NCBI GenBank assembly: GCA_039793425.1
Contig: JBAMLT010000192.1
Location: 24,030 to 88,029 of the forward strand
DNA length: 64,000 nucleotides
Origin: Caldisericota bacterium
GTDB lineage: Bacteria > Caldisericota > Caldisericia > B22-G15
Reading direction: 5' to 3'
Both the position numbers and the translations under genes were made by a program. The notes under the pieces were generated by a model that did no database searches, was not told where the DNA came from, and saw only the letters and a program-made list of their open reading frames with translations. This document shows, in pieces, positions 58,278-64,000 of this stretch; position 1 is the first letter of the stretch, and each line of letters opens with the position of its first letter.

Positions 58278-58684
58278 TAGAAAAAATTCTTTATGATTCA
58301 GGTCTAAGAAGAACTAAAGGAAGAAAAGAAGTATTTGATTTTCTTCTAAAAAATAAGGGTAAACATTTCTCTGCTCAGGATATTTATGATAAATTGAAAA
58401 CAAAGGGGGTCAGTTTAACAACAATCTATAGAACTTTATCGGTTCTTGAAAAAATGGGGGTCGTAAAAAGAACATCTTTTTCAAAAAGGCATATGAGTTA
58501 TGAAATTTTTAAAGAACCACATGTTCATCTTATATGTACTCAATGTGGAAAGATAAAAGAGATTAAAGCACCTGAAATACATAAATTATTTGAAATGCTT
58601 GATATTAAAGAGAGTTTAAAATTAATAGATCCCCTTTTTTATATTATTGAAATTTATGGTATTTGTGAAAATTGTAAAAAATAA
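58274..58684 (+). CDS. Fur-family metal-responsive transcriptional regulator
   Basis: N-terminal wHTH (RRTKGRKEVFDFL) and paired CxxC motifs (CTQCGK, CENCKK); 136 aa. Confidence 0.8.
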   Translation: MIEKILYDSGLRRTKGRKEVFDFLLKNKGKHFSAQDIYDKLKTKGVSLTTIYRTLSVLEKMGVVKRTSFSKRHMSYEIFKEPHVHLICTQCGKIKEIKAPEIHKLFEMLDIKESLKLIDPLFYIIEIYGICENCKK

Positions 58685-58686
58685 AT

Positions 58687-59079
58687 TTAAATATTAAATT
58701 TAAAATAAACTAGATCTCCATCTTTAATTTCATATTCTCTTCCCTCAATTTTTATTAACCCTTTTTCTTTTAATTCATGAATAGATTGAACTCTTAAAAG
58801 ATCTTGAAAATTAAAAACTTCTGCTTTTATAAATCCTTTTTCAAAATCTGTATGAATTTTTCCTGCTGCTTGTGGTGCTAATGTACCTCTTTTTATTGGA
58901 TGTGCTTCAAGAATATCATTAGCATAAGTAAAGAAGGTTATCAAATCAAGAGTGTTATATGACTCTCTTATAATCTTATTCAAAATTGTTTCTTTTAAAT
59001 TTATTTCTTTTAAAAAATTTTCTCTTTCAGAATCAGTTAAATTTTTAATTTCAAGTTCTAATTTTAAAGAAGCAATCAT
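58687..59079 (-). CDS. ychF: YchF C-terminal fragment (TGS domain), in the same frame as the N-terminal fragment and separated from it by a 54-nt stop-rich spacer
   Basis: APQAAGKIHTDFEKGFIKAEV and KDGDLVYFKFNI are hallmark YchF TGS residues. No RBS lies upstream of its ATG. Confidence 0.7.
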   Translation of the reverse strand: MIASLKLELEIKNLTDSERENFLKEINLKETILNKIIRESYNTLDLITFFTYANDILEAHPIKRGTLAPQAAGKIHTDFEKGFIKAEVFNFQDLLRVQSIHELKEKGLIKIEGREYEIKDGDLVYFKFNI

Positions 59080-59133
59080 AAATTTATAATTTTTATTATT
59101 ACAATATTCAATAAATTTTTTTAAATATTCTTA

Positions 59134-59778
59134 CTATTCACCAATAAAATATTCTTCATTTACATTAGCAATTATAAATAGAGGTTTTATTGTTAAAAGA
59201 TTATATTTTTTATATATTTCTGAAAACTCTTTTGGGTATTTAACTTCATTTAACCAAATTCCCTTACTTAAATTTTCCTTTGCAAATGTTAATGCTTCAA
59301 ATTCATTTTTAAGTTCTTTTATTCCTGATTTATAAGAATGCTCAACTTTTTCTAAATTTTTTTGAACTATTTCAAAATCTGAAATTGTAATTTCAAGATG
59401 TATTATTTCTATATCATTAATTGGATCCAACTTTCCTTCTATATGAGGAACTCTATCATCTTCAAAGCATCTTACCACTTCAAGAAGACCATCTCCCCTT
59501 CTTGTTTCAGAGAGGAACTTGTTTCCAAGTCCCTCTCCTTTACTTGCTCCTTTTACAAGACCTGCAAGATCTATAAATTTTATTGTTGCATAAATAATCT
59601 CTTTAGGTTTAATATATTCACTAATTTTTTTTATCCTTTCATCTGGTACTTCAACAACACCTATATTTGGATTAACAGTAGAAAAAGGAAAAAGATCAAT
59701 AAGAATATCATTACCTGTTAATGCTTTAAAAAGAGTTGATTTTCCTGAATTTGGAAGCCCAATTATTCCTATTTCCAT
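59134..59778 (-). CDS. ychF: Ribosome-binding ATPase YchF, N-terminal fragment (G domain through the G4 NVNE motif), ending at tandem stops
   Basis: G1 GLPNSGKST, G3 FIDLAGLV, the coiled-coil insert and G4 IANVNEE. The frame then meets TAG TAA. Confidence 0.75.
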   Translation of the reverse strand: MEIGIIGLPNSGKSTLFKALTGNDILIDLFPFSTVNPNIGVVEVPDERIKKISEYIKPKEIIYATIKFIDLAGLVKGASKGEGLGNKFLSETRRGDGLLEVVRCFEDDRVPHIEGKLDPINDIEIIHLEITISDFEIVQKNLEKVEHSYKSGIKELKNEFEALTFAKENLSKGIWLNEVKYPKEFSEIYKKYNLLTIKPLFIIANVNEEYFIGE

Positions 59779-61142
59779 TATTTAAATCTCTCCAAAAAAA
59801 TCTTATATGCATGATAAGTTGAATAAAGGTCTCCTTTTGAAATTATCTCAAATGGAGCATGCATAGAAAGAACTGCTGGTCCCATATCTACTACATCCAT
59901 ACCTTTTCTTGCGAAAAAGAGGGCAACTGTTCCTCCTCCACCTTCATCAACTCTCCCAAGTTCTGCTGTCTGCCAAACTACATTATTTTCATTAAAAAGA
60001 TTCCTAACTTTTCCTACAAATTCTGCTGATGCATCATTTGATTCGTATTTACCACCTCTTCCTGTAAATTTTGTCATGACTACACCATTATTTATATATG
60101 CTGCATTTTTTGGTTCAAAAACCTCCTTATAATTTGGGTCAAAACCTGCATTTACATCTCCTGATAATACTGATGATTTTGTATATACACTTATCAATTC
60201 TTTATAATCATTTACAAAATTTAACAGTACTTCATCAAATATAATTGATTGTGCAGATGTATTTCCTTCAGAACCAATCTCTTCTTTATCAATTAAATAA
60301 ACCAAACTCCATCTTTCAGAAGGTTCTGAATCTAAAATTGCATAAAAAGCTGTTAAAGCACATGATCTATCGTCATGTCCATAACCTAAAATCATACTTT
60401 TATCAAAACCAGCATCTAAAGCCCTCCCATAAGGAACAAGAGTTAATTCACTTGATATGAAATCCTCTTCAATAATTCCATATTTTTCATTTAAATATTT
60501 CAAGATGAAATTTTTTACTTTTTCTTCTTTTGCATCTTTTTCAGGTTTTGAGCCAATTAAAACATTAAGGTTTTCGCCTTCAATTGCTTCAGATAATTTT
60601 TTTTCATATTGCTTTCTTGCAAGGTGTGGAAGAAGATCGGTTATTGAAAAAATAATATTATCCTTTTCAGAATCTACGTTTATTGCCTTTCCATTTTTAT
60701 CTATTATCACACCTCTTAAAGATAGTGGAATTGAAACCCATTGATATTTTTTGATTCCTCCATAATAATGTGTATCCAAAAAAACTAAACCTGTATCTTC
60801 ATACAAAGGATTCTGTTTTATATCTATTCTTGGCGAATCTACATGTGCAGTAATAAGATTAAAACCATCATTTATAGTTTTTTTACCCTTTTTTATAATT
60901 AGAAGAGATTTGTTTTTTATTTTTTTATATAATTTATCTTGCTTAACTCCTTCATCAACATTAATAAATCCTTTTTCTTTAAGAATCTCTTCTCCTTTTA
61001 ACACAATTTCTCTTTCTGTTTTTGCTTCTGATAAAAAATTAGAGTAAATCTTTGAAAACTTTTCAATCTCTTCTTCTGAGTAAACTTCCCAAACATTTTT
61101 TTTCTTCCACTTAAGTTCTTCTAATTCCATATTTTCCTCCAA
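59778..61142 (-). CDS. M18-family aminopeptidase (aspartyl aminopeptidase/ApeA-like)
   Basis: ITAHVDSPRIDIKQ and the C-terminal SMHAPFE motifs; about 454 aa. Confidence 0.75.
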   Translation of the reverse strand: MEENMELEELKWKKKNVWEVYSEEEIEKFSKIYSNFLSEAKTEREIVLKGEEILKEKGFINVDEGVKQDKLYKKIKNKSLLIIKKGKKTINDGFNLITAHVDSPRIDIKQNPLYEDTGLVFLDTHYYGGIKKYQWVSIPLSLRGVIIDKNGKAINVDSEKDNIIFSITDLLPHLARKQYEKKLSEAIEGENLNVLIGSKPEKDAKEEKVKNFILKYLNEKYGIIEEDFISSELTLVPYGRALDAGFDKSMILGYGHDDRSCALTAFYAILDSEPSERWSLVYLIDKEEIGSEGNTSAQSIIFDEVLLNFVNDYKELISVYTKSSVLSGDVNAGFDPNYKEVFEPKNAAYINNGVVMTKFTGRGGKYESNDASAEFVGKVRNLFNENNVVWQTAELGRVDEGGGGTVALFFARKGMDVVDMGPAVLSMHAPFEIISKGDLYSTYHAYKIFLERFK

Positions 61143-61145
61143 AAT

Positions 61146-62237
61146 TTATAAATTTTTGTAAAGTGATAAATTATCTCTATGTATAACTTCTTTTAACTTT
61201 GTATTTTTTTGTTTATTGGTTATTAAATTTCTTAATGTTATTGAAGAAAAATTTGTTAAACCCTGGCCAATTTTTTTGTTTTTTACATTTAAAATTATAA
61301 CTGGCTCTTTTTCATTAAAATCTCCTTTTATATCAATAACACCTGGAATCAATAAACTTTTCCCTTTAAAAACTATAGCATCTTCTGCACCTTTATCTAT
61401 CTTTATCTCTCCTTTTGGCTTTAAAGCATATAATATCCATCTTTTTCTTGAATCAAGATGTTTTTCTGAAGGTAAAAAGGTTGTCCCTACATCTTTTCCT
61501 TCAAAAATATTTTTAATTGTTTGAAATGGATTTAAACCACTTCCAATTATTGTTTTCACGCCAACATCTGTTGCAATTTTTGCTGCATTGATTTTTGTTT
61601 CCATTCCTCCAGTTCCAAGTGAAGTTTTCGAATTTTCAATAAATTTATAAAATTCATCATTTATTTTTTCAACAATTTTTATTCTCTTTGCATTTTTATG
61701 TATTAGAGGATCTCTATCATAAACACCATCTGTAGTTGTTAATATAATTAAAATATCTGCGTCAATTATTGTTGAAACAATTGCAGAAAGAGTGTCATTA
61801 TCTCCAAACTTTATTTCATCAACCGAAACTACATCATTTTCATTAACAATTGGAACAATATTTTTAGTAAGAAGTGTCTCAAATGTATTTCTAATATTAA
61901 GATATCTTTCTCTATCATTTATATCCTCTCTTGTTAAAAGTATTTGAGCAATATTAATATGAAAAAGAGAAAAAAATTGGTTATAAATATTCATTAAAAT
62001 GCTTTGACCAATTGAGGCTGATGCTTGTTTTAGAATTATAGATTTAGGTCTTTTATTTAGACCTAACGCTTTTAATCCAAGACCAATTGCGCCAGATGTA
62101 ACTATTACTGGCTTATAACCTTTATTTATAAGATAATAGATTCCCTTTGTTAGACTACCAAGAACTTCAGGTTCAGGTATGCCTGTTTCAGAATGAGTAA
62201 GACAGTTTGTCCCTATTTTTATTACAACTTTACTCAT
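61146..62237 (-). CDS. proB: Glutamate 5-kinase with a C-terminal PUA domain
   Basis: N-terminus VVIKIGTN, VIVTSGAIGLG and a C-terminal PUA domain; 363 aa. Confidence 0.9.
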   Translation of the reverse strand: MSKVVIKIGTNCLTHSETGIPEPEVLGSLTKGIYYLINKGYKPVIVTSGAIGLGLKALGLNKRPKSIILKQASASIGQSILMNIYNQFFSLFHINIAQILLTREDINDRERYLNIRNTFETLLTKNIVPIVNENDVVSVDEIKFGDNDTLSAIVSTIIDADILIILTTTDGVYDRDPLIHKNAKRIKIVEKINDEFYKFIENSKTSLGTGGMETKINAAKIATDVGVKTIIGSGLNPFQTIKNIFEGKDVGTTFLPSEKHLDSRKRWILYALKPKGEIKIDKGAEDAIVFKGKSLLIPGVIDIKGDFNEKEPVIILNVKNKKIGQGLTNFSSITLRNLITNKQKNTKLKEVIHRDNLSLYKNL

Positions 62238-62302
62238 ATTTAAAATTTTATCATAATAGATTATAATGATATAAAAATTTATGAAAAATTTAGGAGGTGA
62301 AA

Positions 62303-63880
62303 ATGAGGAAGATTATTTTTTTTGATGATTCTACTATCAGTAATTTTCTATTTTAATTCGACTATTTTTAGTGTAAGTTCAAAAGATTAGGCAGAATCTC
62401 CATGGCCAATGTTTATGCATGATATTTATCACAATGGAAGAACAAATCTTTTGGGTCCTGAAAATCCAAAAGAGAAATTTAGATTTTCAACAGGAAATGC
62501 AATTTATACTTCTCCAGTAATTGGATCTGATGGAACAATTTATATTGTATCTTCTGATTCGAAACTCTATGCAATAAATCCAAATGGAACAAAAAAGTGG
62601 TTCTTTAAAAGACCAGGCGATACACCATCTGTATCTTCTCCAGCAGTTGATATAGATGGAACAATTTATTTTGGAAGAGGAGAAACAATTTATGCAATTA
62701 ATCCTAATGGGACTTTAAAATGGACATTTAAAACAGGTGGGATGGCAGAATCTTCTACAACAATTTCTTTTGATGGAACTATTTATGTTGTTGGAGGAAA
62801 ATATCTATATGCACTTGATAAAAATGGAAATAAAAAGTGGGAATATTAGTTAGGATATTCTACTTTTAGGTCTTCTCCTGCTGTATCACCTGATGGAACA
62901 ATCTATATATTGGATCAAAAGATAGAAAACTTCATGCAGTAAACCCAAATGGAACCAAAAGGTGGGTTTTCCCAACAGGGAATTATATAAATGCATCACC
63001 AACCATTGGAGAGGATGGAACAATTTATATTGGTTCAACGGATCAAAAATTTTATGCTTTAAATAGAGATGGAACAAAAAAATGGGAAATTGATTTTGGA
63101 AGTAATTCACCAATAAGTTCAACTGCAGCAATTGGATTTGATGGAACAATTTATGTGGGTGTTATAAATAAAGGAGTTGTTGCAATTAATCCAAATGGTA
63201 TTGTTAAATGGACATATAAAACATGATATTATGTTAGTTCATCTCCTGCAATCGATGGAAATGGAGTAATTTATATTGGAGACGAATCTGGTTATCTTTA
63301 TGCAATAAAACCAGATGGAACCCTAAAATGGGAACTTGACCTAAAAAAGAAGATTTACTACTCTTCTGTTGCAATTGGTTCAAATAGTACAATATATGTA
63401 GGTTCAGGAAGTGATCTTTATGCTTTTGAAGATAGCGAGACACCTCCACCACCCCCATCTATAGAAAAAACAATAATTTTACTTTGGATTGGAAATCCGA
63501 TGATGAGTGTAAATGGAATTTATAAAGAGATAGACGCAGGAAGAGGAACAGTCCCTGTTATTATTAGTTCTTGGGGAAGAACTCTTCTTCCAATAAGAGC
63601 AATTGTTGAAGAACTTGGTGGTAAAATAAACTGGGACGGGACTCAAAGAAAAGTTACAATTTCATTTAAGGAAGATTTAATCGAACTCTGGATAGATAAT
63701 CCAGAGGCAAAAGTAAATGGAAAAACTAAGTGGATAGATGAAAATAATCATAATGTAAAACCAATAATTATCTATGGAAGAACTATGCTTCCAATTAGAT
63801 TTGTTGCTGAAAATTTAGGATGTGAAGTTCTCTGGGATGGTAATACAGGAAAAGTAACGATAATTTATCCGAAAGATTAA
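62303..63880 (+). pseudogene. Decayed gene for a secreted PQQ-like beta-propeller surface protein carrying the same two C-terminal stalk domains as the first gene (2 frameshifts plus 3 in-frame stops)
   Basis: An AGGAGG RBS and ATG at 62303 encode a signal peptide only after a -1 shift in a T8 run. In-frame TAG at 62388, TAG at 62847 and TGA at 63224, plus a +1 frameshift near 62905. Between lesions the repeated DGTIY(I/V)GS..LYA(I/L)NPNGT.KW propeller blades and the C-terminal GRTLLPIR..NWDG modules are preserved. Confidence 0.65.
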
Positions 63881-64000
63881 AATGCTTATTTAATTATAAG
63901 ATAATTACAACAGTGGGATATGGGAATATAATAACCAATTAATCCAGTTGCTAAGATTTTAACTATTTTAAATATTTTAATTAGTATTAGTTTTGTTAGT

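Noticed and set aside
62388-63226. The in-frame TAG/TAG/TGA codons inside the PQQ-propeller gene could indicate a reassigned genetic code (for example TGA=Gly or TAG=sense)
   Set aside because: All long housekeeping genes (alaS 855 aa, lon 772 aa, pnp 720 aa, comEC 736 aa) are intact under the standard code, and TAA, TAG and TGA all terminate normal genes here. The same gene also has two frameshifts, so ordinary decay is the simpler explanation.
1-64000. CRISPR arrays, rRNA operons, tmRNA/RNase P/SRP RNAs, transposases and prophage genes
   Set aside because: No repeat-spacer periodicity was seen anywhere. Intergenic spaces are short (mostly under 170 nt) and A/T-rich without conserved structured-RNA motifs. 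No ORF shows DDE or tyrosine/serine recombinase motifs.

Overview
This 64 kb window is a densely coding, very AT-rich (roughly 25-30% GC by eye) bacterial chromosomal region. The proteome is rich in K, I, N, E and F, as expected for a low-GC anaerobe. I found no rRNA, CRISPR array, integrase, transposase or phage genes. Almost every long ORF has a recognisable family. Reading left to right: a secreted BNR-repeat propeller surface protein; a NikR-regulated Ni/Co ECF-type transporter (cbiM, a PDGLE-domain gene, cbiQ, cbiO); an IclR-type regulator; a type IV pilus motor block (pilB-pilT-pilC); a housekeeping run (yqeG-like phosphatase, udk, mltG, ruvX, alaS); a complete lysine-fermentation island (CoA-transferase A and B, kce, kamE, kamD, a P-loop gene of unknown function, kamA, kdd, a PAS/sigma-54-activator-like regulator, and a class-III aminotransferase); tsaD and ilvE; a putative amino-acid racemase; a split short-chain chromate transporter pair; an M3-like peptidase; ornithine carbamoyltransferase; comEA and comEC; rpsO-pnp-M16 peptidase-RNase J followed by unknown genes (a secreted hypothetical, a DUF362/4Fe-4S protein, HIT, a PIG-L deacetylase); tRNA-Gly(CCC); bactofilin, a phosphoribosyltransferase, clpP and lon; a Na/Pi cotransporter; a BMP-family nucleoside-type ABC transporter with pseudouridine-5'-phosphate glycosidase; CinA-C, Fur, an interrupted ychF, an M18 aminopeptidase and proB; and at the right edge a decayed PQQ-repeat propeller gene that shares a C-terminal module with the first gene. 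I cannot point to a clearly delimited new 'system' such as a defence island. The most novel-looking material is (i) the lysine-fermentation island, which has no kal but carries an adjacent class-III aminotransferase, an embedded uncharacterised P-loop gene and a degenerate sigma-54-type regulator; (ii) the unknown-function module co-transcribed with RNase J; (iii) ychF split in frame by a 54-nt stop-rich spacer; and (iv) an apparent non-canonical start codon for alaS. All calls rest on motif recognition by eye; no database searches were run.
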